Source: Colwellia sp.
GTDB taxonomy: Bacteria > Pseudomonadota > Gammaproteobacteria > Enterobacterales > Alteromonadaceae
Length of the DNA: 62,246 bases
NCBI GenBank assembly: GCA_003521815.1
Contig: DPHE01000079.1
Span: forward strand, 1 to 62,246
Direction: 5' to 3'
In this document: positions 50,655 through 62,022 of the stretch, one piece after another
Numbering within the stretch: position 1 is the first letter of the stretch
How the letters are laid out: every line of letters begins with the position of its first letter
Position numbers and translations under genes: made by a program
Notes under the pieces: model-generated
What the model was told of the DNA's origin: nothing
Database searches by the model: none
The model's input: only the letters and a program-made list of their open reading frames with translations

Positions 50655-53342
50655 TTACTCCATTCGTTCAGCACGTCGCACAAAATATTTTTCTAACTCG
50701 ACTAAAAACAATACTGAAGAAGAAACGAGCAGAATATGTAGCCATATATTTAAGTCGATGTTCGTTGTACCAAACAAAGACTGCATCGGCAAAAGATAGG
50801 TGAAGGCTAACTGTAAAATAATCAGTATGACAATAGCGATTAACACATAACGATTGCCTGTTAATCCAGCCCAATTAAATATACTATTTTTCAAATATCG
50901 TGAGTTAAACAAATAAAATATCTCAAACATAACCAATGTATTTACAGCCACAGTCCGTGCATGCTCAATACTCATGCCTCGTTTAATTTCCAAAATATAA
51001 AGACCGAATGTCCCACTCATCAAAATAACGGAAACAAAGCTAATACGCCAAATCAGGTGAGCTGTCAGCATAGGTTCATTGGAATTACGTGGCGAGCGTT
51101 TCATAACATTTTTTTCGGGTGGCTCAAAAGCCAATGACAATGCCAGAGTAACTGCGGTCACCATATTGACCCAGAGAATTTGTACTGGCGTTAATGGTAA
51201 CTGTTCAAAACCAAATAAAATCGCTGCCAAAATGATCAGAGCTTCGCCACCATTTGTCGGGAGAATAAAAAGAATTGATTTTTTGATATTGTCATAAACG
51301 GTTCGTCCTTCTTTTACAGCATGAGTGATAGAGGAAAAATTATCATCTACCAATACCATTTCAGCAGCTTCTTTGGCTGCTTCTGTACCGCTATGTCCCA
51401 TTGCAGTGCCTACATCAGCGCGTTTGAGCGCAGGGGCATCATTTACTCCATCTCCCGTCATGGCTACGATTAAACCCAGCTCCTGCAACAGTCTTACTAA
51501 AAGCAACTTATGTTCCGGATTGACGCGCGCATATACATCTATGTCTTGGATTCGCAGGCGTAATTCATCTTCACTCATTAAGTCCAGTTCTTGTCCGGTC
51601 AGTACATCGTCGACATTAACAAGTTTGAGTTGCTGAGCGATGGCACGAGCTGTGGTACTATGGTCTCCTGTAATCATTTTTACCCGAACACCTGCCTCAT
51701 TGCAGATTCTTATTGCCTCTATAGCTTCCTCGCGAGGTGGGTCAATCAAGCCAAACATGCCTAGCAAAATGAGATCATTCTCAACGTCGCTAAACTTTAA
51801 TTCCATCTGCTCATAACTGATTGGCTTGACAGCAATGGCCAATACTCTCTGACCTTGGTTGGCCATTTCATCAATACGGCGTAACCAGTAATTTCTATCT
51901 AATATCTGAACACCCTGTGCTGTTTTCTGATGTGCACACATATCTAAAATACGCTCGGGAGCCCCCTTGATTAAGACAAAGGCATCACCAGTGTGACTAT
52001 GGTGGAGTGTCGCCATAAAGCGATGCTCGGATTCAAAAGGAATAAGATCAGTACGTGGATATTGTTTAGCCTCGGCTTCATTGTCTAATCCAGCCTTTAA
52101 CCCTGATACCAATAAAGCCCCCTCCATTGGATCACCATGAACTAGCCACTTTCCCCTTTTTAGTTCGAGTGATGCATCATTACATAGTACAGAAGCTTTG
52201 ATAGCCTCCAAAAGAAGTGGTTTTTCTTCAGAAAATACATTCATATTTAATAATGTTATCGACCCATGTGGATCATAGCCAGTACCACTTAACACAAAAA
52301 AACTGCTAGTCGTGGCAATCGTCCTAACGGTCATTTCATTACGTGTAAGAGTACCGGTTTTATCCGTACAAATGACATTTACGGCACCTAAAGTCTCTAC
52401 GGCAGGTAGTTTACGAATGATTGAATTTCGTTGAGACATTCGCTGTACACCAATCGCAAACGTAATTGTCATGATGGCAGGTAAGCCTTCTGGAATTGCT
52501 GCCACTGCAAGGCTCACAGCAGCAAGAAACAATTCAGCTAGTGAATAATTTCTGACCAGTAAACCGAAAAAAAAGGTGATAATGGCAATAGCTAAAACGG
52601 CTAGTGTAAGCCAACGGCCAAACTGGGCTATTTGACGTAATAATGGTGTTGTCAATGAGTCCACTTGTGATACTAGTGTACTAATGTGGCCAATCTCGGT
52701 ATTTGCACCGGTCGCAATAACGACGCCGGTACCTTGGCCATGAGTCACGATAGTCCCTGAGTAAGCTAGACATCGTCGGTCTCCTATCATCGACTCTTGT
52801 GCAACAGGATCTGTGATTTTTTCTACCGCTATTGATTCTCCTGTCAGAGCCGATTCTTGTATTTGAAGCCCTTTGACACGGAATAGCCGTATATCTGCGG
52901 GTACCTTATCACCTGACTGCAACATGACTATATCACCAGGAACTAACTCTTGTGCCGCGACACTTGTTTTTTTGCCATTACGTAATACCATGGCATTTGA
53001 AGAAAGCATCTGCCGAATAGCCTTCAAAGCATTATCGGCCTTACCCTCCTGCACGAACCCAATCATAGCATTAACAATGACAACACCTAGAATAACACCA
53101 GCATCTATCCAATGACCCAACATTGCGGTAACAGCACTAGCTGCTAACAGTACATAGATGAGAATATTATGAAATTGGTAGAAAAAACGTACCAATGGAC
53201 CACGTCCCTTCGGTTCAGATAACTTATTCGGCCCATGTTTCGTAAGCCTTTTATTTACTTCATCTTTTGATAGTCCAGTAGATGTAGCCTCTAGTAATTC
53301 GAAGACCTTTTGTACATGTTCAGTATGACAACTGTCTAACAT
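50655..53342 (-). CDS. cation-transporting P-type ATPase (P2A, PacL/Ca2+-like)
   Basis: LTGES, AIPEGLP, DKTGTLT, KGAPE, DPPR, MITGD, TGDGVNDAPALK, QILWVNMVT. Confidence 0.95.
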   Translation of the reverse strand: MLDSCHTEHVQKVFELLEATSTGLSKDEVNKRLTKHGPNKLSEPKGRGPLVRFFYQFHNILIYVLLAASAVTAMLGHWIDAGVILGVVIVNAMIGFVQEGKADNALKAIRQMLSSNAMVLRNGKKTSVAAQELVPGDIVMLQSGDKVPADIRLFRVKGLQIQESALTGESIAVEKITDPVAQESMIGDRRCLAYSGTIVTHGQGTGVVIATGANTEIGHISTLVSQVDSLTTPLLRQIAQFGRWLTLAVLAIAIITFFFGLLVRNYSLAELFLAAVSLAVAAIPEGLPAIMTITFAIGVQRMSQRNSIIRKLPAVETLGAVNVICTDKTGTLTRNEMTVRTIATTSSFFVLSGTGYDPHGSITLLNMNVFSEEKPLLLEAIKASVLCNDASLELKRGKWLVHGDPMEGALLVSGLKAGLDNEAEAKQYPRTDLIPFESEHRFMATLHHSHTGDAFVLIKGAPERILDMCAHQKTAQGVQILDRNYWLRRIDEMANQGQRVLAIAVKPISYEQMELKFSDVENDLILLGMFGLIDPPREEAIEAIRICNEAGVRVKMITGDHSTTARAIAQQLKLVNVDDVLTGQELDLMSEDELRLRIQDIDVYARVNPEHKLLLVRLLQELGLIVAMTGDGVNDAPALKRADVGTAMGHSGTEAAKEAAEMVLVDDNFSSITHAVKEGRTVYDNIKKSILFILPTNGGEALIILAAILFGFEQLPLTPVQILWVNMVTAVTLALSLAFEPPEKNVMKRSPRNSNEPMLTAHLIWRISFVSVILMSGTFGLYILEIKRGMSIEHARTVAVNTLVMFEIFYLFNSRYLKNSIFNWAGLTGNRYVLIAIVILIILQLAFTYLLPMQSLFGTTNIDLNIWLHILLVSSSVLFLVELEKYFVRRAERME

Positions 53343-53425
53343 TCCCCCACTCCCAACGACTATTCAACTTTCTGAATGATCTAAACATTTACTCTCTAAA
53401 TAATACCCGTTTATTTTAATTGTCA

Positions 53426-53443
53426 AACTGATAAATATCAGTT
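53426..53443. promoter_or_regulatory. FNR-like box
   Basis: AACTGAT-AAAT-ATCAGTT palindrome about 85 bp upstream of the P-type ATPase. Confidence 0.55.
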
Positions 53444-54029
53444 CTACACAACACATAATAATCTTTATATTCGATACTATTATTAAGGTGAATTATTGCA
53501 AATGAGATGATGAAAACGGCAGTGTTTTTTTGAGCCTAATCGAATAGTCCTTGATGACAAACTGATTCCAAGGTTGGGCCTGACAATTCGCCATAAAATG
53601 GTAGGGGTGATAGAAAACCATTAGCAAACGTTGCTGGTTATAAAAAAGATCAGCGTGTTATTATGAACACAAATTTTCTACACCCATTGGCCAACCAGTT
53701 TGCCGTAATTTTATTTTTGATAATACACTTAATATAGAGTGACTTAAGCTCATAACTTTGTCACCTGTATAGTAATTATTGGCTAAGTAAACTCAATATA
53801 GGATGACTACTATTGAGTCAAAACGACCAAGAAAAAATCCAATTTTTCACACTATTAATGTCTCGAAAGGCTCAAAGTTGCCATTGCAGTGACTCTATTT
53901 TCATCGCACATGCATTTCGCCGTGGCCTATCTGGTCATGATTAATCATCTATATGTTTGTAAATGAGACCCTAACATGAGCTGGAATGAGCCACGGTAAT
54001 TATAATAAATCAATCAGTTATGGAGCAAC

Positions 54030-56525
54030 CTACACGGCTTTATTTTTCTCTGCTAAGGCTATGCACACACTAGCCTTAGCAACCGAATCAGGGTTCAATG
54101 AAATTGAATCAATACCACATTCCACTAAAAATTCGGCAAATTCAGGATGATCGGAAGGAGCCTGTCCACATATACCTACTTTACAACCACACTCATGAGC
54201 AACTTTTATCACCTGTGCAATCATAATTTTAACAGCATCATTTCTAGCATCAAATAAATCTTTTAACTCAGTAGAATCGCGGTCTATTCCTAAAACAAGC
54301 TGTGTTAAATCATTACTACCAATAGAAAATCCATCAAAACGCTGGGCAAATTCTTCTGCCAGAATAATATTTGACGGTATTTCACACATGACATAAACCT
54401 GCAAACCATTTTCGTCCCGCATTAGCCCGGCCTCACTCATTACAGTAAGTACTTTATCTGCTTCATTTGGTGTTCGACAAAACGGGATCATCACAATGAC
54501 GTTATCAAAGCCCATTTTCTCACGTACTTTAACAATCGCTCCACATTCCAACATAAAAGCTTCGCGATAAAGTTTATGGTAATACCGTGAGGCTCCTCGT
54601 AAACCTAGCATGGGATTTTCTTCCGTGAGTTCAAAAAATTCCCCCCCCAATAAACCGCAATATTCGTTAGACTTAAAATCTGACATTCGAACAATGACAG
54701 GTTTTGGGTATTGCGAAGCGGCAATTTTAGCGACGCCAAGAGAAAGATTATCAACAAAATAATCAGCTCCTTTTTTGTAGCCTCGACATAACTCGGTAAT
54801 TTTTTGCTTCACTTTACAGTCAGTTACTTTCTCAGGATGGAGTAATGCCATAGGATGAACGGCTATTTGACTGGAAATAATAAATTCTATTCGCGTTAAA
54901 CCTATGCCAGCAACGGGTAATGAGCTCCATTTGAAAATACCATCGGGCATAGCCGCATTAATCATAATATCTGTGTTGGTATGAGGTATGTCACCCAAAT
55001 TAACCTCTTGAGTCTCAAACGCTAATTCTCCCTCATAAACAAGTCCAAGTGCACCTTGAGCGCAACTTAATGTTACTTCTTGATTATTTTGCAAAACTTG
55101 AGTCGCATTTTCACAGCCTACAATAGCCGCAATTTTTAACTCTCGACTCACAATAGCAGCATGACTTGTTGGTCCACCAGTATCGGTAATAATACCCGCG
55201 GCTTTGCGCATTAAAGGTAACCAGTCTGGATCTGTTCTTTGAGTGACCAACATGGCACCCTCAGGAAAGTGTTCCACATCTTCAGGGTTGAGAACTTTAA
55301 ACACTTTACCCGTTGCAATAGCACTGCCAATACTAGCACCCTGCACAAGTATTTTAGATTTTTCTTTTAGTTTATAATTAACTAATACCGCATGATTTTT
55401 CTGCGATTCTACCGTTTCAGGACGCGCCTGAACAATATAAAGTTGCCCTGAAGCAGTGTCTTTTGCCCATTCCATATCCATCGCTTTGCCGTAATGCTTC
55501 TCTATTATTACTGCCCAGTTAGCCAGTTGCAGTACTTCATCGTCAGATAAAACTAAACTTTTACGTTCCTCGATACTAGTCACCAGTGTTTCAGTATTTT
55601 CTTCGCCTTTATTGATATTTTGAATTTTATCAAAGTCTACAAAGCACATTTTCTCTAATTTACTCCCACATTTTTTTTCAATAATAGGAATAAACTTGTG
55701 CTGTTTTTGACTAGATGTCAATTTTATATTCTGTTCTAACAAAGGCTTAAAAACCATAAATCTATCTGGCGTAACGCTACCTTTTACTATCGTTTCGCCT
55801 AATCCCCAAGCACCATTAATTTCAACCACCTCACTAAAACCTGTTTCGGTATCAAGCGTGAACATAACCCCTGCCGCTTGGGAGTTAATCATCTGTTGTA
55901 TACCAACCGACAAGGCGACTTTTTGATGTTCAAAACCCTGCTTTTCTCGATAGATAATGGCTCTGTCGGTATAAAGCGAAGCAAAGCACTGTTTACATGC
56001 GTTAAGTAAATTATCATTACCGGTAATATTTAAATAACTTTCTTGCTGCCCTGCAAAGCTTGCTTCGGGTAAATCCTCTGCTGTTGCTGAGCTTCTTACG
56101 GCGACACTAGCTTGATATGAATTTTGGCGTGTGAGATCATTTTGATTGAGTCTGTCACTTTGACTTTGTTGTATTCTCTTTGATAGGTCTTGATAGGCTT
56201 GAATAATTTCACTACTTTGTTGATCGGTAAAGTCACCATTAGCAATTAAGGATCTAATGGCGCTGCCAGCAATGGCCAACGTTTGTTGCCCTGATTCATA
56301 TGCATTGATATGGTGTTTTATTTTCTCATTAAGTTTATTTTGTTGTAAAAATTCAATGAACAATTGTGCGCTGATAGCAAAGCCAATAGGAACCCGCACT
56401 TCTGTTTCACTCATATTGCTAATCATTTCGCCTAAACTGGCATTTTTTCCGCCCACTTGTTCAAGATTTGCAAGACTTAACTGCTCAAACCAAAAAATAG
56501 TTTGCTCCTGTTGTTTTGACTGCAT
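54030..56525 (-). CDS. ppsA: phosphoenolpyruvate synthase
   Basis: VGGKNASLGEM, VRSSATAEDLP.ASFAGQQE, VQARPETV, GG.TSHAAIVSRE (phospho-His), ENPMLG.RGA, SIGSNDLTQ, ICGQAPSD; GGAG favours MQSK start. Confidence 0.95.
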   Translation of the reverse strand: MQSKQQEQTIFWFEQLSLANLEQVGGKNASLGEMISNMSETEVRVPIGFAISAQLFIEFLQQNKLNEKIKHHINAYESGQQTLAIAGSAIRSLIANGDFTDQQSSEIIQAYQDLSKRIQQSQSDRLNQNDLTRQNSYQASVAVRSSATAEDLPEASFAGQQESYLNITGNDNLLNACKQCFASLYTDRAIIYREKQGFEHQKVALSVGIQQMINSQAAGVMFTLDTETGFSEVVEINGAWGLGETIVKGSVTPDRFMVFKPLLEQNIKLTSSQKQHKFIPIIEKKCGSKLEKMCFVDFDKIQNINKGEENTETLVTSIEERKSLVLSDDEVLQLANWAVIIEKHYGKAMDMEWAKDTASGQLYIVQARPETVESQKNHAVLVNYKLKEKSKILVQGASIGSAIATGKVFKVLNPEDVEHFPEGAMLVTQRTDPDWLPLMRKAAGIITDTGGPTSHAAIVSRELKIAAIVGCENATQVLQNNQEVTLSCAQGALGLVYEGELAFETQEVNLGDIPHTNTDIMINAAMPDGIFKWSSLPVAGIGLTRIEFIISSQIAVHPMALLHPEKVTDCKVKQKITELCRGYKKGADYFVDNLSLGVAKIAASQYPKPVIVRMSDFKSNEYCGLLGGEFFELTEENPMLGLRGASRYYHKLYREAFMLECGAIVKVREKMGFDNVIVMIPFCRTPNEADKVLTVMSEAGLMRDENGLQVYVMCEIPSNIILAEEFAQRFDGFSIGSNDLTQLVLGIDRDSTELKDLFDARNDAVKIMIAQVIKVAHECGCKVGICGQAPSDHPEFAEFLVECGIDSISLNPDSVAKASVCIALAEKNKAV

Positions 56526-56570
56526 ATTGATCATCTCCCTCATATTTAAAAAAAGACTATAAACTCAACT

Positions 56571-56822
56571 TTACTTTCTCTGAATGTTAATCTTAAGAAA
56601 AGCCAAAGCGCTATTAAAACTATGAAACTGCGGGTAATCGCCCTCAATAATTTTTGTCCCTGTTAATTTTTGTAATGCAGCTAAATAATTAATAAAATCC
56701 ATAGAGTCTAAATCGCATTCCTCGCGGATATCTTCATCAAAATCAATAGTATTTTGTTCCATTTCAGGCGCTACTTCTTGTATGGCCTCAATAATAAAAC
56801 GCTGTATTTCTGTCGTGTTCAT
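56571..56822 (-). CDS. acyl carrier protein
   Basis: 83 aa, acidic, LDSMD phosphopantetheine Ser motif; translationally coupled to E2. Confidence 0.85.
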   Translation of the reverse strand: MNTTEIQRFIIEAIQEVAPEMEQNTIDFDEDIREECDLDSMDFINYLAALQKLTGTKIIEGDYPQFHSFNSALAFLKINIQRK

Positions 56823-58069
56823 AATTGCCCCGGTTTTTGTAAAATTTTAGCTAAGCTATTTAGAAACTTCGCCGCTAACATGCCGTCAACCACTCGATGA
56901 TCTGCACTTAAACAAACAGTTAATTGCTCACCAACATTAATATAATCGCCACACACTTGGGGTACTTTATTCACTTTACCAAAACCAATAATAGCTACTT
57001 GCGGTGGATAAATAATACCAAATACGCGGTCAGCTCCGCGTTCACCCATATTGGTTATAGTAATAGTGGCGTTCATTAATTCTGAACTACGTAAACGTTC
57101 ACCACGTTCAATTGCTCGACTTCGACTCGTCATATCTCGTACAGAAAACATAATTTCTGGCACTGATAACTGTTCGACCTTTAGTAATGCAGGCACTACC
57201 ACACCACCTGTACGCAAACTAATAACATTAGCGATATTGATCTCATTCGCTTGCTCAAAGCGATTATTTCGGTAAAATCCATTTAAGCTAGGGTATTTCC
57301 TTAACGTTATGGCAATTGCTTTTAGTAACAGTGCAATAAGTAAAATATGCTCTTTGGGCGTTTTATCATAATTCGATTGCTGTAACCATTGTTGCGCTTT
57401 ATTGATAGGCACATCTAAACTCAGGTAGAAATGTGGGATTTCTTGTTTAGACTTAGTCATACCAGCGGAAATTGCGCTACGCATGTTTGTTAACAGATCA
57501 CCATCAGTCAAAAGTGATTTTTGAGTTATCTGCGCAATATCCTTTAGTATGACTGCACCATTAGAGCCACTGCCTTGAATAGCCGATAAATCAAGTTGCT
57601 GCGATTTCGCTATTTTACGAACAACGGGAGAAGCAAGCACAGTATTGACATAGGTGCTTATGTTGAGCTTTTGAGTATGACTTTTCCGCGGCTTTATTAA
57701 TTGTTTGTCCGTCAACGGTTCTATTGAGAGTAAAACACGATCATCGATTATTTGTTCGGTGGTTACTTGCTTGACAATAGATCGTCGTTGTTTTGATTCA
57801 TTTGGCGATTCTTCTGCAGTGTTTTTTTTCGTAGCTATCGTAGCCAAAACAGTACCCACATCAACAGTTTTTAGCGGTTTTACTAACAATTGGGTTATAA
57901 TGCCATCATGATACACTTCCATATCAATGGCACCTTTTTGTGTTTCAAGCACAGCAATGACATCTCCCTGTTTTACCCTATCACCCACCTTAATTAACCA
58001 CTCTACCAACATGCCCTCGGTCATATCAGCGCCCAGTGACGGCATGGTAATATCTATGGATTTTGTCAT
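56819..58069 (-). CDS. 2-oxoacid dehydrogenase E2 (dihydrolipoamide acyltransferase)
   Basis: One lipoyl domain MPSLGADM.EG...ETQKG, ASP..RK.A binding domain, IPHFY, DHRVVDG catalytic motif. Confidence 0.92.
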   Translation of the reverse strand: MTKSIDITMPSLGADMTEGMLVEWLIKVGDRVKQGDVIAVLETQKGAIDMEVYHDGIITQLLVKPLKTVDVGTVLATIATKKNTAEESPNESKQRRSIVKQVTTEQIIDDRVLLSIEPLTDKQLIKPRKSHTQKLNISTYVNTVLASPVVRKIAKSQQLDLSAIQGSGSNGAVILKDIAQITQKSLLTDGDLLTNMRSAISAGMTKSKQEIPHFYLSLDVPINKAQQWLQQSNYDKTPKEHILLIALLLKAIAITLRKYPSLNGFYRNNRFEQANEINIANVISLRTGGVVVPALLKVEQLSVPEIMFSVRDMTSRSRAIERGERLRSSELMNATITITNMGERGADRVFGIIYPPQVAIIGFGKVNKVPQVCGDYINVGEQLTVCLSADHRVVDGMLAAKFLNSLAKILQKPGQL

Positions 58070-58117
58070 AAGTGTATTTTCTCAATTTTAGTTAATTGCT
58101 AAACCTTGCGTTTATCT

Positions 58118-59119
58118 TCATTCATTACCTTCAAGGAGACTTTGCGCACAACTAATGATTTGTTCGATCTGAGGTAAAGCGGCTTTTTCAAGATGACTTG
58201 GATAAGGAATGGGTACTTCCTCAGTACAAATACGCTGTACGGGCGCATCTAAATACCAAAAAGCTTGCTCCATAATAATGGCACTGAGTTCGCCCGCTAA
58301 ACTGCCAGTTTTCCAGCCTTCATCAATAATAATAGCTCGATGTGTTTTTTTAACACTGGCTAAAATTGTACTGATATCTAACGGACGTAAACAACGTAAA
58401 TCCAAAACTTCAACGTTAATATTTAATGCTTCAAGCTCAGATGCTGCCATCAATACTTTAGGCAAACTGCCACCATAGGTAAGTAAGGTAATATCTGTAC
58501 CTTGCTTACGTACTAAGGCTTTTTCCATACCGGCTTCTGGCTCGCTAAATACCTCACCTTGGCTATTTAATAACATCACATGTTCAAAAATAATAACTGG
58601 ATCTGGATCTTGTATTGCTTGTAGTAGCATATAACGAGCATCGGTATGTGTTGCAGGGCTTAAGACTTTTAAACCTGGAATATGTGAGTATAAATTCTCC
58701 CAGCTATGAGAATGCTGCGCGGCAAGTTGTAAGCCTGCACCGGATGCCATGCGAATAACAACGGGCACATTAAGTTGACCGCCTGACATATGACGTAAGG
58801 TGGCGGCGCTATTTACGATTTGGTCCATCGCCAACAAGCTGAAATTAACCGTCATTATTTCCACTATAGGTCGCATACCACCCAACGCAGCACCTATACC
58901 AACACCGACAAATCCAGACTCGCATAGTGGGGTATCGATAATTCGATCTTCTCCATATTGTTCAAATAAGCCCTTACTAACACCATAACAACCACCATAA
59001 CGACCAACATCTTCACCCATTAAAAATGTCCGTTCATCATCGTTAAGGCATTGTTCAATACTTGCGCGCAAGGCTTCACGGTAAGTCATTTTTTGACTGT
59101 TTTTTCTTTGCCAATTCAT
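58118..59119 (-). CDS. pdhB: pyruvate dehydrogenase-like E1 beta subunit
   Basis: GEDVG.YGG, DTPL.E, G.RPIVE, AQHS, PGLKV, EVLDLR.LRPLD; ATGA overlap with E1 alpha. Confidence 0.92.
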   Translation of the reverse strand: MNWQRKNSQKMTYREALRASIEQCLNDDERTFLMGEDVGRYGGCYGVSKGLFEQYGEDRIIDTPLCESGFVGVGIGAALGGMRPIVEIMTVNFSLLAMDQIVNSAATLRHMSGGQLNVPVVIRMASGAGLQLAAQHSHSWENLYSHIPGLKVLSPATHTDARYMLLQAIQDPDPVIIFEHVMLLNSQGEVFSEPEAGMEKALVRKQGTDITLLTYGGSLPKVLMAASELEALNINVEVLDLRCLRPLDISTILASVKKTHRAIIIDEGWKTGSLAGELSAIIMEQAFWYLDAPVQRICTEEVPIPYPSHLEKAALPQIEQIISCAQSLLEGNE

Positions 59120-60135
59120 GCCAAACCTCCTTGATCAGCCTTAACCTTTATTTCCTGTGCGGATGGGCTATAAACATCTTTACAAAGATCCGATACAGGT
59201 TCCCATTTCCCTTGCTCGGCAAAATTAATTGCTTCGATAATTTCTTTCTTTATTTGTGATTCAATTACATTTAAGTCTTTTTCATTAAGTTGGTGGTTTT
59301 GTATTAGCCAGTGCTTTAATTGCATAACAGGACCATGTTTTTTCCATTCTTCTACTTCTTCTTTATCACGGTACAACTGCCCATCAAAACTTGAATGACC
59401 ACGAAAACGATAAGTTTGACATTCTAAAAAATAAGGTTGTTGATGAGTTCTAATGTGCTCAACTGCCTTAGTAGTCGACGCTTCCACGTCGACTACATTC
59501 ATACCATCAACTTGAAATACTGGCATTCCGTAACTTTGTGCTTTTTTGGCAATATTAGTTTCTGATTCAGATAAGGCTAATGAGGTTCCCATGGCATAAC
59601 GATTGTTTTCACAAATAAACAGCACAGGTAATTTCCATAACACCGTTAGGTTCATCGATTCATGAAATTCACCTTCTGCCACAGCCCCTTCGCCAAAAAA
59701 ACATACGGTTATTGCTGTTTTTTTTAGTTTTTTATTGGCAAAAGCTAAACCTGCGGCTAAAGGTAAACCACCTCCAACAATGGCATTACCGCCATAAAAG
59801 TGCTGTTTTTTATCAAACAAGTGCATTGATCCCCCGCGACCTTTACTGCAACCATTAGTGCGGCCATACATTTCAGCCAACACAGACTTCATTGATAAAC
59901 CACGAGCAAGTGCATGACCATGTTCACGATAAGTAGCCACAATTTCATCTTGTGGTAAAAGTGCAGCCATAACACCAACGGCTATAGCTTCTTCACCAAT
60001 ATAAAGGTGTAGAAATCCTCGTATTTTTTCTTGCGCATAAAGCTCTGCACATTTTTCTTCAAAAAGGCGGATACGTAACATTTGTTTTAATTGTTCAAGT
60101 AAGTGTGCTTTATCAAGATGCAATTTATCATTCAT
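59116..60135 (-). CDS. pdhA: pyruvate dehydrogenase-like E1 alpha subunit
   Basis: [31 protein letters not shown]...ENN ThDP motif, TYRFRGHS. Confidence 0.92.
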   Translation of the reverse strand: MNDKLHLDKAHLLEQLKQMLRIRLFEEKCAELYAQEKIRGFLHLYIGEEAIAVGVMAALLPQDEIVATYREHGHALARGLSMKSVLAEMYGRTNGCSKGRGGSMHLFDKKQHFYGGNAIVGGGLPLAAGLAFANKKLKKTAITVCFFGEGAVAEGEFHESMNLTVLWKLPVLFICENNRYAMGTSLALSESETNIAKKAQSYGMPVFQVDGMNVVDVEASTTKAVEHIRTHQQPYFLECQTYRFRGHSSFDGQLYRDKEEVEEWKKHGPVMQLKHWLIQNHQLNEKDLNVIESQIKKEIIEAINFAEQGKWEPVSDLCKDVYSPSAQEIKVKADQGGLA

Positions 60136-60172
60136 TTTTTATCACTCTTTTTCATTACTTTATTATTGATAA

Positions 60173-61951
60173 TTACTGTTCATCACTTTCTAAGGTGGAA
60201 ATATCACCTTCTGGTAAATTGAGTTCACGCGCCTTTAATAAACGCCGCATTATTTTGCCACTGCGAGTTTTAGGTAAATTTTGTCGAAAAACTATTTCTT
60301 TAGGCGCAACTGCTGCTCCTAATTTTTTACGAGCGAACCCCTTTAGTTCTTTTAGTAATACAGCTAAGTTATCCCCACTGCATTCAACATCAGGGTTTAA
60401 TGCCACATAGGCTTTAACAATTTCACCGGCTATTTCATCAGGTATACCAATTACTCCGACCTCAGCAACAGCTTCATGCTCCATAAGAGCACTTTCAACC
60501 TCAAATGGACCAATTAAATGGCCCGATGATTTGATCAAATCATCGACACGACCAACAAACCAGTAATAACCTTGTGAGTCACGCTTAGCGAGATCCCCAG
60601 TTAAATACCAACCATCTTGAAAACATTTTTGATATTTTTCTTCGCGATGCAAATAGCCACGAAACATTGATGGCCAACCTTGCTTTAATGCCAGCTCGCC
60701 AATTTCCATATTTTTATTTATCGTTTGAACATGCCCTTGTTCATTACGTTTGACAATAGCTGCTGTGATGCCGGGTAACGGCAAGCCCATTGAGCCTGGT
60801 TTTATTGGCTGACTAGCAAAATTTGCTATCATGATGGCGCCTGTTTCTGTTTGCCACCAGTTATCATGAAAAGGTAAACCAAGCACTTTTTCGCTCCATC
60901 GTACTGCCTCAGCATTCAAGGGTTCACCAACACTAGCTATAAAAGTTAAGCTGGATAAATCATACTGATCACGAATTTCAACGCCTGCTTTCATCAACAT
61001 GCGAATAGCGGTTGGAGCGGTATACCAAACCGTTATTTTTTGCTTCTGTAAAATGTGGTACCAACGTTCAACATCAAATTCGGCTTCATCGACAATCATG
61101 GTGACACCAAGACAAAGTGGTGCAATTATGCCGTATGAAGTTCCAGTCACCCAACCAGGATCAGCAGTACACCAATAAATGTCTTCTTGTTGCAAATTTA
61201 ATGCGTACTTTGCCGAAGATTGATGGACAACAACTGCCTGATGTACATGAATCACACCTTTAGGTTTACCTGTTGTACCACTCGTAAAATGTAATAAGGC
61301 CATATCATTGCCATGTGTGTTAGCACATGGATATTTTGAATCCGCATTGGTCATTAGCTCTACTAACCAATAACAACCTTCATCTAACTCACTACCAGAG
61401 GAGTCTGTGCCACTTGATTTTTCAGGATTGTCGATGAATAATATGACTTTAAGGTGAGCTAATTCATGCCTCCAAGCAGCAATTTTTTTGTGATATAAAC
61501 TCTTTGTAGTGATCAATATATTAGCTTCGCCTATCTCCATGCGCGAACGAATAGGCTCAGGCCCAAAGGCAGAAAATAAAGGGGTATAAACCCCACCAAA
61601 CTTTAACGTGCCTAGTGCCGAAATATAAAGTAATGGTAATCTCCCCACTAAACTAAATACTTGCACCCTTTGTTCAAAACCAAGCTTAGCTAACACACTC
61701 GCAAAAAGACTAGTTTGTTCTGCTAAATCACGGTAACTATAATCAATTAATTGTTCACCTTTACCTAGCCAGCGTAATGCTACTTTATTTTCAATTGCAG
61801 TATTCAAATGTTTATCAACAGCTTGATAAGTAATATTGAGGATTTTTTTCGGGTCTGTTTGCCAATTAAAATCATCACAAGATTGGTGATAATCATATAG
61901 ATTCACACTACTCCTGCGATAGGACTTTTTAAGTATGATATTTTCAGACAT
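60173..61951 (-). CDS. acsA: acetate--CoA ligase-like adenylating enzyme
   Basis: FTSGTTGKPKG, WCTADPGWVTG, YTAPTAIR, SVGEPLN, WWQTETG, YLTGD, PKTRSGKIMRRLL. Confidence 0.9.
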   Translation of the reverse strand: MSENIILKKSYRRSSVNLYDYHQSCDDFNWQTDPKKILNITYQAVDKHLNTAIENKVALRWLGKGEQLIDYSYRDLAEQTSLFASVLAKLGFEQRVQVFSLVGRLPLLYISALGTLKFGGVYTPLFSAFGPEPIRSRMEIGEANILITTKSLYHKKIAAWRHELAHLKVILFIDNPEKSSGTDSSGSELDEGCYWLVELMTNADSKYPCANTHGNDMALLHFTSGTTGKPKGVIHVHQAVVVHQSSAKYALNLQQEDIYWCTADPGWVTGTSYGIIAPLCLGVTMIVDEAEFDVERWYHILQKQKITVWYTAPTAIRMLMKAGVEIRDQYDLSSLTFIASVGEPLNAEAVRWSEKVLGLPFHDNWWQTETGAIMIANFASQPIKPGSMGLPLPGITAAIVKRNEQGHVQTINKNMEIGELALKQGWPSMFRGYLHREEKYQKCFQDGWYLTGDLAKRDSQGYYWFVGRVDDLIKSSGHLIGPFEVESALMEHEAVAEVGVIGIPDEIAGEIVKAYVALNPDVECSGDNLAVLLKELKGFARKKLGAAVAPKEIVFRQNLPKTRSGKIMRRLLKARELNLPEGDISTLESDEQ

Positions 61952-62022
61952 GAACAAAAACTCATTTCAGCAAACGATGACAAAAAGTATAGTGTTTATC
62001 TGATTTTTTTAGACAATTTTTA

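Noticed and set aside
53450..54020. Possible gene or ncRNA in the 570-bp gap between the ATPase and ppsA
   Set aside because: No convincing ORF, repeat or known RNA motif seen.
1170..60410. Many 60-155 aa ORFs antisense to or out of frame within called genes (e.g. 7656-8120, 40965-41327, 43146-43610)
   Set aside because: Shadow ORFs of well-supported genes with no independent motifs or RBS.
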